Shown here: positions 44,307 through 54,441 of the stretch, piece by piece | Layout of the letters: every line of letters begins with the position of its first letter | Numbering within the stretch: the stretch's first letter is position 1 | Source: Terriglobia bacterium | Lineage (GTDB): Bacteria; Acidobacteriota; Terriglobia; Acidiferrales; UBA7541 | Direction: 5' to 3' | Assembly (NCBI GenBank): GCA_963803105.1 | Contig: CAWDLF010000003.1 | Span: forward strand, 25,518-89,517 | DNA: 64,000 bases | Notes under the pieces: generated by a model | The model's database searches: none | What the model saw: the letters and a program-made list of their open reading frames with translations, nothing else | Told to the model about the DNA's origin: nothing | Made by a program: the position numbers and the translations under genes

Positions 44307-45371
44307 ATGGACTTCAAGCAGTCGCTCGGGCTTTTCTTCGGCTTATTGATCCTGGCATCGGTGGTGCAGGCAGACGTTGTGCAGCTGAAGAGCGGAGATC
44401 GCGTTACCGGCACCATCGAAGTCTCCGACGGCAAAGACATGACCGTCAAAACCGATTTTGCGGGCGAGATCAAGATCGGTTGGAGCTTCGTGAAGGAAAT
44501 CAGCACCGACAAGCCCGTCTACGTGGTGACGCCCGAGAAGAAAACGGTCAGCGGCAACGTGACCACCGATGGCGCGAACCTGATCATCCACGCGCCGAGC
44601 GGAGGCACGGTTGAAGTGCCGATGGCGCAAGTAACAGTCGTGCGTTCGTCTGACGTAGAAGCGGCCTACGAGAAGAGTCTGCATCCGGGTGTGCTCGAAG
44701 GATGGAAAGGCGGAGTGAACCTGGGGTTCGCCCTGGCCCGAGGAAATAGCGAAACGACCAATCTGAACACTGGATTCACCGCCGACCGCAAGACCATGAA
44801 CGACGAGATTACGATGTACGAGTCGTCACTTTACTCCACCAACGATCAGCCCGGTGGAAGCATGATCGCCAACTCGATTCTGGGCGGGATCAAATACGAT
44901 CGCAACATCACAAAACGCATTTTTGCGTTTGGCAGCGCCGACTACGCGTACGACGAACTGCAGGATCTGAACTTGCGGCAGATCTATAGCGGCGGCCTTG
45001 GTTTGCACGCCATCAACACGCCGAATACCACGCTCGATCTTCTTGCCGGCTTGAACTACACGCGTGAGACCTACGGTGGCGGCGCCACATATGTCGCCCG
45101 GAACCTGGCTGGCCTCACGCTCGGCGAGGACTTCATGCACAAGCTGGGGAAGTCGACTACCATTACCGAGGTTTTCTACTTCTATCCCGACCTTTCGAAC
45201 ACCAGCGAGTACAGATTCTCTCTCGACGCCGCCTCGGTGACGAAGATCAACAGCTGGCTCGGGTGGCAAATGACGCTCAGCGACCGCTACGTCACCAACC
45301 CCCCGACTCCCGGCACAAAATCAAACGACATCATCTTTTCGACGGGCGTAAACATCAGTTTCGCTCATTGA
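44307..45371 (+). CDS. DUF481-like outer-membrane beta-barrel protein (YdiY-like)
   Basis: GGAGAG RBS and a signal peptide. The N-terminal LKSGDRVTGTI motif and a C-terminal barrel ending in F-x-H are present. Confidence 0.75.
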   Translation: MDFKQSLGLFFGLLILASVVQADVVQLKSGDRVTGTIEVSDGKDMTVKTDFAGEIKIGWSFVKEISTDKPVYVVTPEKKTVSGNVTTDGANLIIHAPSGGTVEVPMAQVTVVRSSDVEAAYEKSLHPGVLEGWKGGVNLGFALARGNSETTNLNTGFTADRKTMNDEITMYESSLYSTNDQPGGSMIANSILGGIKYDRNITKRIFAFGSADYAYDELQDLNLRQIYSGGLGLHAINTPNTTLDLLAGLNYTRETYGGGATYVARNLAGLTLGEDFMHKLGKSTTITEVFYFYPDLSNTSEYRFSLDAASVTKINSWLGWQMTLSDRYVTNPPTPGTKSNDIIFSTGVNISFAH

Positions 45372-45552
45372 TGGTGTGGGGCGGCCGGATCGCGCCAGAA
45401 CTTAAGTTGACTTGGGGGTGGTCAGGCGCTGACGCGGAATTCTTGCGCCTTGTGCGCCTCCGAAGTATAGTGCTGCCAGCATTTTGCGGCCGACATCGCG
45501 GGTCAACGGGCGTGAGCCTTTAAGGCCAGCGCGAGGCTCAAATGGGGGAAAG

Positions 45553-46245
45553 ATGAATCGCAAGCGAATGGTAGCGGGACAGCGCGGCAGGTTGACACGC
45601 GTGGCCGGGATGGGCGTCGTAGGCGCCCTCGTATTGGGAGTAGCAGCTCTTGTTTTCGCGCAAGCACCGGGCCCCGGGCAGGCGCCGCCTCCGCCGCCAA
45701 CCCCAGGCCCCGTTCGTCTCGATATCGCTGATGGCTCGACTGCTTCCTATCGCGTACAGGAACAACTCGCCGGCATCAGCTTCCCCAACGATGCCGTGGG
45801 CAGCACGTCGGCCGTCACCGGCACACTCGCTCTGAACACCGATGGCACGGTGAACGTTGCTCAGTCCAAGCTCACCATCGACCTGCGCATGCTCAAGAGC
45901 GATCAGGATATGCGTGACGGCTACATCCAGAAGCGCACCCTCGAGACCGACAAGTTTCCGCTGGCCGAATTCGTTCCCAAGCGCGTCACCGGCTTGGCGA
46001 ACCCCCTTCCGAATACGGGGCAAACAGGCTTTCAGCTCACCGGCGACATGACCATCCACGGGACCACCAGCGAAGTTACCTGGAACGGCATCGCCACCTT
46101 CGGGCGCGATGGTACCGTCGCCGGGCGCGCTACCACCAACTTTACATTCGCTACCTTCGGCCTGATGAAGCCGACGCTCGCGCGCATCCTGAGCGTCGAC
46201 GACAAGATCCAACTCGAGGTCGCGTTCCGCTTCAAGCGCAGCTGA
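45553..46245 (+). CDS. YceI-like periplasmic protein
   Basis: GGGGGAAAG RBS and a TM/signal segment. The YceI-like pattern is S.ASYRVQE...G.F....G...V.G.L..., followed by L.G.LT.HG.T..V. Confidence 0.8.
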   Translation: MNRKRMVAGQRGRLTRVAGMGVVGALVLGVAALVFAQAPGPGQAPPPPPTPGPVRLDIADGSTASYRVQEQLAGISFPNDAVGSTSAVTGTLALNTDGTVNVAQSKLTIDLRMLKSDQDMRDGYIQKRTLETDKFPLAEFVPKRVTGLANPLPNTGQTGFQLTGDMTIHGTTSEVTWNGIATFGRDGTVAGRATTNFTFATFGLMKPTLARILSVDDKIQLEVAFRFKRS

Positions 46246-46261
46246 TTACGAGCGGCGCAAG

Positions 46262-46384
46262 ATGAAAGCCGAACGTAAGCGGCTGATCGCGATCGTCGCC
46301 GTACTCGGCTTCGTCGCGTTGGTCTTTGCCGGATTAGTAATCTCGCTTCTGCCCGGCCTGCGGATGATGTTTGGATCGGGCTAG
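46262..46384 (+). CDS. Possible 40-aa single-TM peptide (MKAERKRLIAIVAVLGFVALVFAGLVISLLPGLRMMFGSG)
   Basis: It was found by reading the sequence and is below the ORF-track cutoff. It starts 17 nt after the yceI-like stop. Confidence 0.3.
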   Translation: MKAERKRLIAIVAVLGFVALVFAGLVISLLPGLRMMFGSG

Positions 46385-46410
46385 GGGGCGGCGGCTCAAG
46401 CGCAGCTGAT

Positions 46411-47172
46411 TCAGTCGATTTTGCTTTCGTCCCGGTACATCACTTTGTGCCGTGTGTTCTCAATCCACTCATCAATCTGCTCGATGGTCATGAAATTCTT
46501 GGGGTCGAAACGCTCCCAGTTCATGATCTGGTCGAGTGGCTTTTTCCAGCGTTTGTAAGAGGGCTTCAGCGGAGGCCCGAAACACATCACGTCGATAATG
46601 GAGATGCCCTCCGGCACTCCGAGCAGCGGACGCATCCTGGTCTGGATATCCTCTTGGCCGATCGCGGTGATCCACCACACGGCGTAGCCGAGCGCCGCCG
46701 CGGCCAAATGCGCGGACATTGTGGACGCAGCCACCGACTGAAGCAGAATCCTCTCGGCGTTCTGTTGGTAGCGCTTGTCCTCGGGCGAGCCGTCCAGAAG
46801 GACCGGGAAGGCCCGCAAAAACCGGTAGTCGCAACAGACCACGATGAGCCCGGGCGCCGTCTTCACGCCGCGGTAATTCGGGGTAGGGAATCCCATTCGG
46901 AGCTTGGCGCGGTGCTGCTGCTCGTCGAGAAAGCATTTCGTCAGCGCTTCGCGGGTATCCGGGTTGTTGACGATGATGTAATGCCAGGGCTGCGCGTTGG
47001 CACCCGACGGGCCATGGCGCGCGGCTTCCAGAATCATCTCAAAATGCTCCTTCGGCACCTTGTAGCCCGGCACGAATTCGCGGTTGGTCATCCGGTTCCG
47101 CACCACATCCATCAGCGCGTTGTACCGCTCTACTTTGTTGAATTGTCCGGTCTCTTTTTCGATTGAAGCCAT
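46411..47172 (-). CDS. Nitroreductase family protein
   Basis: RHGPSGANAQPWHYIIV and a typical nitroreductase fold length (253 aa). Confidence 0.85.
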   Translation of the reverse strand: MASIEKETGQFNKVERYNALMDVVRNRMTNREFVPGYKVPKEHFEMILEAARHGPSGANAQPWHYIIVNNPDTREALTKCFLDEQQHRAKLRMGFPTPNYRGVKTAPGLIVVCCDYRFLRAFPVLLDGSPEDKRYQQNAERILLQSVAASTMSAHLAAAALGYAVWWITAIGQEDIQTRMRPLLGVPEGISIIDVMCFGPPLKPSYKRWKKPLDQIMNWERFDPKNFMTIEQIDEWIENTRHKVMYRDESKID

Positions 47173-47237
47173 CGTATACCTCCCTCGTCGTGTACCCCTG
47201 GAGTGTACTCGTGGTATCCTTCCGAGCTGCGTCCCAT

Positions 47238-48173
47238 ATGAGAATGAAGTCCATTCCTAATCGGCATGTACCAGATCTGCGGCTGAGGCATTTGCGGATC
47301 TTCAAGTCGTTGCTGACCGAACGGAGCCTCACCCGCGCCGCCCAGGCGTCGGGAACAACTCAGCCCACTCTGAGCAAGGTGCTCTTTAGACTACGCCGCG
47401 AACTAGGGGATCCGCTGTTTGTCCGCATCGGTCTTCGGATGGAGCCGACGGCCAAGGCGCTCGCACTGGCCGGCCCGGTCGATCGAATTCTGAACGCAGC
47501 CCACGCCCTGCAACCCGACCACGCGGAATTCAATGCCTTGACCTCTGAACGCATTTTTCGCATTTTAATCAGCGACAGCGGCGTGATCCGGCTGTTGCCT
47601 CTGCTGATGTCTCGGCTCGCGTCGGAAGCGCCAGAACTGCGTTTGGTCGCCGTTCCGATCGACTCACACAAGCTGTTGCCAAAACTCGAGTCGGGAGACG
47701 TAGATCTTGCGGTGGGCTCATTCCCGTCATTGGAAAGAGGTATCCGGCGCCGGCGGTTATACGCTGAAGGGTATCTGAGCCTCGTCCGTAGGGATCATCC
47801 GGAACTGAGCCGGCTCCACTTGCGGAGGGTATTTGTGTCCCAGCGTCACGTGCTGGTTGCGGGGTCAAGCGCGGGGCACGCCGGACACCAAATCGCGGAA
47901 AGAGTGCTGGAGGAAGCTGTTGCACCAAAGTACGTCGCGCTTAGGGTTACGAGTTTTGTTTCGGCCGCGCTGGTTGCAAAGCGCACCAACGCCATCGCGA
48001 CGATGCCAGCCAAACTTGGGGCGATGCTCGCTTCAGAACTGGAGTTGGAGACCTTCGATGCACCCATCGAAATTCCTCGCATCGAGATCGCGCAGTATTG
48101 GCACGAGCGCTCCGACCGCGACCCTTGCAATCGCTGGATTCGCTCGCTACTAGCGGACGTCTCCCACCTTTGA
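47238..48173 (+). CDS. LysR family transcriptional regulator (divergent from the nitroreductase)
   Basis: N-terminal HTH LRHLRIFKSLLTERSLTRAAQASGTTQPTLSKVL and a LysR substrate-binding domain. Confidence 0.9.
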   Translation: MRMKSIPNRHVPDLRLRHLRIFKSLLTERSLTRAAQASGTTQPTLSKVLFRLRRELGDPLFVRIGLRMEPTAKALALAGPVDRILNAAHALQPDHAEFNALTSERIFRILISDSGVIRLLPLLMSRLASEAPELRLVAVPIDSHKLLPKLESGDVDLAVGSFPSLERGIRRRRLYAEGYLSLVRRDHPELSRLHLRRVFVSQRHVLVAGSSAGHAGHQIAERVLEEAVAPKYVALRVTSFVSAALVAKRTNAIATMPAKLGAMLASELELETFDAPIEIPRIEIAQYWHERSDRDPCNRWIRSLLADVSHL

Positions 48174-48189
48174 GCTGGACGCAACTCGG

Positions 48190-49269
48190 TTATTTCGGTG
48201 CGACCCAGGCCAGCCCGTCGGGGTAATTTCCCGTGTTCATCTGCTTCACGACCGTCCAGTCCGACATTCGAATCACGGCGATCTTCTGGGCCTTATCGCA
48301 GGAGACGTAGGCGTACTTTCCATCGGGGCGCAGCAGGATTTCCTGCGGCGTGGGTGGCACGTCGATGGTGCGCGCGAGCGTCATCGTCTTCAGATCGATC
48401 ACCGATACCTTATTGGCCTCGACCGATGCTACCAAGAGCCAACGGCCATCGGAAGTCGGCACCGCGCCATAACCGGAAGAGGGAACGGTTATCCGGGTCT
48501 TCACCGTATTCGTCGCCGTGTCGATTACATCCAGCTCCGGCTTGGTCCAATCGGAAGTGAACACCATTCGATCGTCCGGTGAAATCGAAATGCGCTGCAG
48601 CTTCCACTTTCGCTCTGGATGAGTGGGCGTGCCGTCGACGGAAACCGGAATCGAGGCAGTTTTCGTTCGCGCCTTCAAATCGAGAACCGACACTGTGCCG
48701 GAAAGCACGTTCGACGTATAGCCGAGGCGCCCGTCGTGCGATATGGCAACGTTGTGTGACGCGGGTTCGCCGGTCGGGATCGATCCGACCACCTTGCGGG
48801 TACGAGGGTCAACGATACTCACCGAATTCGCAATTTCGGTCGTCACGTAGATCAGGCCGTCCGTCGGGTTCCAGACTGCGAAATGCGGCCGAACCCCGCG
48901 TCCGAAATCGATCGTGTCCACAACCTTTCGCGCGTCTACGTCGATGACCGCCATGGTGCTGCCGTCCGTGCCCGGCTGACCCAAGTTGACGTTGCTGTAA
49001 ATGGGCGCGTACGCAAAGCGTCCGTCGGGAGAAGTGACCACTTCGTGCGCGGTGATGCCGCCCTCGTTCACCTTCGCCAGTTGCTCGCCGGTCTCCGGAT
49101 CGAAGAAGGCGACGTACCCTTCGCCCTTGCGCCCGAGTTCGTCATTGGCGTTGACCACCAGCAGCAGCCCGTGGCGCGCGGTGTCGGCCGCCGGCCTTGC
49201 AGCTGACAACAGGAAGGCGCCAAAAACACAGGTCGCAAGAGCAGCAACGACGGAAAGACTACGTAGCAT
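48190..49269 (-). CDS. Secreted YVTN/YncE-like beta-propeller repeat protein
   Basis: Signal peptide and repeated units of about 40 aa (G..P..V..SPDG...YV.N....VSVID). Confidence 0.8.
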   Translation of the reverse strand: MLRSLSVVAALATCVFGAFLLSAARPAADTARHGLLLVVNANDELGRKGEGYVAFFDPETGEQLAKVNEGGITAHEVVTSPDGRFAYAPIYSNVNLGQPGTDGSTMAVIDVDARKVVDTIDFGRGVRPHFAVWNPTDGLIYVTTEIANSVSIVDPRTRKVVGSIPTGEPASHNVAISHDGRLGYTSNVLSGTVSVLDLKARTKTASIPVSVDGTPTHPERKWKLQRISISPDDRMVFTSDWTKPELDVIDTATNTVKTRITVPSSGYGAVPTSDGRWLLVASVEANKVSVIDLKTMTLARTIDVPPTPQEILLRPDGKYAYVSCDKAQKIAVIRMSDWTVVKQMNTGNYPDGLAWVAPK

Positions 49270-49397
49270 CGCGGATTACCTCTCATCAGACGCGCGCCGA
49301 GGGCTCGTCTGTCTTGCGCGAACATATGCTTAGCCGGTTTCGCTGTCAAGCGCGCCGAAAAACGAGCTGGAGTTCGCTCACTCTAGGCTTGAGCGGA

Positions 49398-49688
49398 CTA
49401 CGCGCCCTCGATAATTCGGATGTCTCGTTCCGCGCCGTTGCCGAGCACCTTCAACGCGGCGCGGTATGCGTCGCTTTCGTACGCTACGATCCCTTGCTCG
49501 ACGCTGTCAAATTCGATGGCCACAACCCGCTCCTTCAGGCCTGCCTCAAAAGTGCGCGTAGGTACGCCGCGGACGAGCACGCGGCCACCGGCCGCTTGCA
49601 GGGCCGGTCCCGCGAGCTTGGCGTATTCCGCCAGCGCGGTTGGGTTGGAAATGGAACGATAGAAAACCATCCAGTAAGCTTTAGCCAT
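49398..49688 (-). CDS. DUF1330 domain protein
   Basis: 96 aa. MAKAYWMVFYRSISNP...YAKLAGPALQAAGGRVLVRG...VAIEFDSVEQ...Y.S..Y is the typical DUF1330 pattern. Confidence 0.8.
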   Translation of the reverse strand: MAKAYWMVFYRSISNPTALAEYAKLAGPALQAAGGRVLVRGVPTRTFEAGLKERVVAIEFDSVEQGIVAYESDAYRAALKVLGNGAERDIRIIEGA

Positions 49689-49775
49689 CGACCCCTCCGG
49701 AATGAATGACGAATATTAGCCGCTGCATTCCCGCAGATGCCATTTTTTGTGCTTCGCGGATTCCGCCGCAGCAGC

Positions 49776-51338
49776 TCACGGCGTCTCGCGCCGACGGATG
49801 TGGCTGCGGATGAAGCAGACCGACAGAAGGGACGCCAGCAGCATGGAGGCGACTCCTATGCCCAACCCCACGTGCAGCGCATGGACGAACGATGCGCGGA
49901 CGGCGTGTGCGATTACCGGCGACGACCCTTGGCCAACGTTGCCCGCTGCGGCTCGCGTGCCCAGTCGCGCCACAAGCGCCTGTGCCTGCGATAGCGGAAC
50001 GCCGGCAGCGACCAGTTGAGCGGAGAGGCCGCGAGTAAAAGCCGTCGTAACGATAGCCCCGAGCAGCGCGATGCCGAAAACGCCGCCCAGTTCGCGGCTC
50101 GTATTGGTTGCCGCCGAAGCGATTCCGGCGTGGCGTATCTCGACGGAGCCCATCACCGCCGCGGTCATGGGCGTCATGGTCATTCCCATACCGGCGGCCA
50201 GCACCATGAAGGCAGGTAGAAGGACGCCCAGGTAAGTCGAGTTGGTCTGCGTGCGCAGCAGGAGGGCCATGCCGCATGCCGCGACCAAAGTGCCGCAGGC
50301 CATCAGCCAGCGCGAACCAAAGCGATCTGATAGACGCCCGGAAATAGGCGCAGCGAAAAGAATAACTCCGGAAAACGCCAGCAATCGCGTGCCCGCCTGC
50401 ACCGGCGAATACTGCAGAATATTCTGCATGTAGAGCGTGAGAAAGAAAATGCTGCCGAACATCGCAAAAAAGACGGCCGCGGCTACAGCGTTGGCGGCGG
50501 CGAAAGTAGGTATACGAAAGAAAGACAGAGGAAACATTGGCGACGGCCGCCGCGATTCGACGATCACAAAAACCGTGAGCAACACAGCGGCCAGCAAGAA
50601 CATGCCGATGATCACCGGATTCGTCCATCCGCGAGCGTTACCTTCAATCAGCGCAAACACCAGGCAGAACAGCCCCGCCGTGCCGGTGATCAATCCCGGA
50701 GGATCCAGCCGACGGCTGCGCGTCGCGTCCTTCGATTCGCGCACCACGAAGTAAGTCAGCGTGAGCCCGACGATGCCCGTCGGTATGTTGATGAAGAAGA
50801 TGCTGTTCCAGGAAAAGTGTTCGACCAGGTAGCCGCCCGCCACTGGGCCAATAGCCGCCGCCACGCCGGACATAGCCGCCCAAATTCCGATCGCCGACCC
50901 TCGCTCACGGCCGTGAAACGTGGCGCTGATGATGGAGAGCGACCCGGGCAAAAGCGCCGCGGCACCCACCCCCTGGGCAGCGCGGAAGGCGATCAGCTGA
51001 GACGTGCTGGACGACAAGCCGCAGGCGAGCGATCCCAGCGAGAAAAGAACCAGCCCGCCCATGAACAGTCTTTTGCGTCCGTAGAGGTCGCCGAGCGCTC
51101 CGGCCGTCAGCATGAATGACGCGAACGTCAGCGTGTAGGAGTCGATGATCCACTGCAGGCCGGAGACGCCGGCGCCAAAATCCCTTTGGATGGTCGGAAG
51201 CGCGACGTTGAGTACTAGGTTGTCGAGCTGTGGCATAAACAGCCCAAAAACCATGGCGATCAGGACGAGCCACTTGCGTTTGTCTTCGGAGTGTCCTTCG
51301 GCGGGCGAATGCGCCGGCTGAGTGAGAGTCTGTGCCAT
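49776..51338 (-). CDS. MFS transporter, DHA2 (EmrB/QacA, 14-TMS) family
   Basis: 520 aa. LDNLVLNVALPTIQRDF and GALGDLYGRKR motifs. Confidence 0.9.
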   Translation of the reverse strand: MAQTLTQPAHSPAEGHSEDKRKWLVLIAMVFGLFMPQLDNLVLNVALPTIQRDFGAGVSGLQWIIDSYTLTFASFMLTAGALGDLYGRKRLFMGGLVLFSLGSLACGLSSSTSQLIAFRAAQGVGAAALLPGSLSIISATFHGRERGSAIGIWAAMSGVAAAIGPVAGGYLVEHFSWNSIFFINIPTGIVGLTLTYFVVRESKDATRSRRLDPPGLITGTAGLFCLVFALIEGNARGWTNPVIIGMFLLAAVLLTVFVIVESRRPSPMFPLSFFRIPTFAAANAVAAAVFFAMFGSIFFLTLYMQNILQYSPVQAGTRLLAFSGVILFAAPISGRLSDRFGSRWLMACGTLVAACGMALLLRTQTNSTYLGVLLPAFMVLAAGMGMTMTPMTAAVMGSVEIRHAGIASAATNTSRELGGVFGIALLGAIVTTAFTRGLSAQLVAAGVPLSQAQALVARLGTRAAAGNVGQGSSPVIAHAVRASFVHALHVGLGIGVASMLLASLLSVCFIRSHIRRRETP

Positions 51339-51544
51339 GGGTCCTTCTGAAATTGTTGCCCGGCATGACTCATCACCGGTGCCACTTGCGAGCGAGCAGT
51401 TTTTGTATTATCGGGGAGCGGCAACGTCAAGTCAACACGCCGGTTGCTGTCGATGTGGTCCGCTTTGGGCGAAACCAAATGTTCCGGCGTCGCGTTTCAT
51501 TCTTGAGCCTGTGCTGCGGCAGGAACCTGTACAATGGCCACGCG

Positions 51545-52942
51545 ATGCTAGCTCCCACGGACTTGACGCAGACTTCCGAAGACACGGGTTCCGTGCGGGA
51601 TGGCGGTCGGGCGCGCATTGGCCTGGCGATTGGCCTTGCCCTTCTGCTTTTCAGCGCCGTAGCCGCCGGTGTGACCATCGTCCAGCTTCATCGCACCGCG
51701 ACCCGCGTGGCGCATTCCATCAGCATTGAGGTTGCGCTTGCCGATCTGGAATCGAGCCTAAGCGCCGTAGGCCGGGCGCGCGCCGGGTATGTAGCGTCGG
51801 GAGACGATGCGGCCTACGCGGATTATCAGTCGATAGCGGCGCAGATTCCTCTAAAGCTCGATCGTATACAGTCTCTCGAGAAGGGAATTCCCGCGCACGG
51901 CGATTTTCAGGCCCAACTGAGGGCGCTGGCGGAGAAGCGTCTGGCGATTAACACGCAAGCCGTCGAGGCCCGCAGGGCGGGCCAACCGGTGTCGCTCGCC
52001 GATGTGACTGCTCAGGTCGTGACGGTCAGCAATGAGCTTGGGGTGCTACTGCACGACATGGAATCGCACGAAGAGGAATTCACGCGCGAGCGGCAGAGCA
52101 TGTCCGATCGCCTCTTTCTGGCCGTACAGACGATCCTCGCCGCCGCCTTCATTCTTGCCTTGGGCTTGCTCTACTGGAACTACCGGCTCCTGCGTGCCGA
52201 GTTGGTTGAAAAGGAGCGCGCCGAGAAGCTTTCGCGGGAAAGCCGCGATTCCATGCGTCAGCTGAGCGCCCGGCTGCTGCAGGTTCAGGACGAGGAGCGG
52301 CGCAGGCTCTCGCGGGAATTGCACGACAGCCTTGGGCAATCGCTAGTGCTGGCGAAGATGAACCTCTCGTCGCTGGCGGAAAACAAGATGCTCGGCGGCC
52401 TCGTCGACGAATCGCTCAAGTATTTGGATCAATCCATCGCCGAGACGCGCACCATCTCCTACTTGCTTCACCCGCCCTTGCTCGACGACATCGGCTTCGC
52501 CTCGGCTGCAGAGTGGCTCGTCGAGGGGTTCGGGCAGCGCAGCGGCATCGAAACTCAGATTTATATCTCTGACCGCAAGGTGCGATTGCCGCATTCGATT
52601 GAGCTCGCTCTTTTTCGGATCCTGCAGGAGTGCCTTACGAACATTCACCGGCACTCGGGAGCTTCGCGCGCCGAGGTCTTTTTCGAATCGAGTCCGCGGG
52701 AAGCGATACTGAAGGTGCGTGATTACGGCAAAGGTATGGAGAAGGATATGCTCGCCCGATTCCATGTCGGCGATTCCCACGGGGGTGTGGGCTTAGCGGG
52801 CATGCGTGAACGCGTGCACGAGCAGGGTGGTCGCATCGAAATCCTGTCGGAGGGCGACGGCACGGCGGTCGTGGTGACGATGCCGGTTGCCGAAGCGCCG
52901 GCGCAGCGCCCCGCGCGTGCTCCCCTGTCATCGCCTGCCTGA
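51545..52942 (+). CDS. Sensor histidine kinase (CHASE3-like periplasmic domain plus HisKA_3/HATPase_c)
   Basis: The H-box is ELHDSLGQSL, with LTNIHRHSG, DYGKGM and GVGLAGMRERV. The start is uncertain (51479 or 51545). Confidence 0.85.
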   Translation: MLAPTDLTQTSEDTGSVRDGGRARIGLAIGLALLLFSAVAAGVTIVQLHRTATRVAHSISIEVALADLESSLSAVGRARAGYVASGDDAAYADYQSIAAQIPLKLDRIQSLEKGIPAHGDFQAQLRALAEKRLAINTQAVEARRAGQPVSLADVTAQVVTVSNELGVLLHDMESHEEEFTRERQSMSDRLFLAVQTILAAAFILALGLLYWNYRLLRAELVEKERAEKLSRESRDSMRQLSARLLQVQDEERRRLSRELHDSLGQSLVLAKMNLSSLAENKMLGGLVDESLKYLDQSIAETRTISYLLHPPLLDDIGFASAAEWLVEGFGQRSGIETQIYISDRKVRLPHSIELALFRILQECLTNIHRHSGASRAEVFFESSPREAILKVRDYGKGMEKDMLARFHVGDSHGGVGLAGMRERVHEQGGRIEILSEGDGTAVVVTMPVAEAPAQRPARAPLSSPA

Positions 52943-53111
52943 AATTCTCCTCGGTACTCAGGAACTACTACAGGGAACAAGGTATTCCGCAGTCCTCCTG
53001 GTACTCGTAGGGTAGGGCGTGGAGTACAATATGCATACAGTCCGAGTGGCGTGCGCCGTTTGCACTTCCCCTAGCCCCGGGGCAACGCTCACACACCATC
53101 GGGAGATGAGA

Positions 53112-53768
53112 ATGAAAAACCTTCGAATCCTGATTGCCGACGACCACGATTTGATGCGCCGGGGCGTTCGCACCCTGCTGGAGGCTCATCCGGGCTGGGA
53201 GGTTTGCGCCGAGGCCCCCACGGGGCGTGAGGCCGTAACGAAGGCTGAAGAGCTCAAGCCGGATATCGTGATTCTGGACATCAGCATGCCGGACTTGAAT
53301 GGTTTAGAGGCCGCGCGCAGGATCCGCAGCGTATCTCCGAATACCGAAATTTTAATTCTTTCCATGCACTATTCCGACCAGCTGATTCGAGAGCTTCTAG
53401 AGGCCGGCGTGCGCGGCTACATCATCAAGTCGGATTCCGATCGCGATTTGATCATCGCGGTTGAGACTCTGGCAACTCACAAGCCGTTCTTCACGCCGCG
53501 CGCCACCGAAGTGATTTTGGGCAATCTTCAAGTGGCAGGCACGCGCGCGCAGTTGCCGAGTACGATTCGTGAGCGGCTGACTTCGCGGGAGCGGGAGATC
53601 GTGCAGCTGCTGGCCGAGGGCAAGAGCAGCAAGGAAGTAGCCTCTTCGCTGTGCATCAGCGTGAAAACGGCGGAGACGCATCGCGCGAACATCATGCGCA
53701 AGCTGCAATTGCACACGGTGACCGAATTGGTCCGCTACGCGGTGCGCAACCAGATCATCGAGGCTTAG
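53112..53768 (+). CDS. NarL/FixJ (LuxR-type HTH) response regulator
   Basis: ILIADDHDLM, ILDISMPDLNG and a C-terminal LTSREREIVQLLAEGKSSKEVA HTH. A GGGAG RBS is present. Confidence 0.9.
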   Translation: MKNLRILIADDHDLMRRGVRTLLEAHPGWEVCAEAPTGREAVTKAEELKPDIVILDISMPDLNGLEAARRIRSVSPNTEILILSMHYSDQLIRELLEAGVRGYIIKSDSDRDLIIAVETLATHKPFFTPRATEVILGNLQVAGTRAQLPSTIRERLTSREREIVQLLAEGKSSKEVASSLCISVKTAETHRANIMRKLQLHTVTELVRYAVRNQIIEA

Positions 53769-53791
53769 TCGATCAATCTCCTTGCGGCGCT

Positions 53792-54304
53792 TTATTGCGG
53801 CCCGCCAGTGACGACCTTGGCAGTGGTAACCGCCTGTCCTACGTGCCGCTGGGTATGATCGGCTACGTGCACCAGTAATCCTCCCACCGTCGTTGGCAGC
53901 TTCTGTTTCCCCACACTGCGCGGGTCTTCGAGCCGCCCTGCGTCGATAGCACGAACGCGGGCCGCCGCGGACGTCAGCCCAGCCGTAAATTCAGAGAACA
54001 CGCCTGCCCGCGTAGCGCCGGCATCCAATTCTGTCTTGAGCGCGGCCATCTGCTGTTCATCGAGGGAACGCCCCTCGGCGTAGGTCAGCAGGCGGTCGAT
54101 GCTCCGAGCAATGTGGCGCAAGTGAAACGCGACCGGCGCGAGGCCCGCTGGCCGCGCGTTGATTTCTTCGTCCGTCAGGCCGCCGCACCACCGTTCGATG
54201 TCTTCGCCCGCCAGTTCGAGAGCGTGGACTACGGCTCTAGACACGGCCGGGATTTCGGTGCGCGTGCCGCGCAGCCACGGCTCCGGCGGTTTGGGGTCAC
54301 TCAC
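53792..54304 (-). CDS. DinB family protein
   Basis: GGAAGGAGAA RBS before the GTG at 54304. The size is about 170 aa, with His-containing helices (HLRHIARS, HVADHTQRHVGQ). Confidence 0.75.
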   Translation of the reverse strand: MSDPKPPEPWLRGTRTEIPAVSRAVVHALELAGEDIERWCGGLTDEEINARPAGLAPVAFHLRHIARSIDRLLTYAEGRSLDEQQMAALKTELDAGATRAGVFSEFTAGLTSAAARVRAIDAGRLEDPRSVGKQKLPTTVGGLLVHVADHTQRHVGQAVTTAKVVTGGPQ

Positions 54305-54441
54305 GCTGGTTCTCCTTCCGACTGTGCTTTTTAGCGATCGCGCCGGCTCGCTTGACAAGGTGCGAACCCAAATGTAGCGTATCCGCTCGCTTTGCCAGCC
54401 GCAAATCACAGTAGAATCCTAGCGGGTTCGACGGAGAATGC

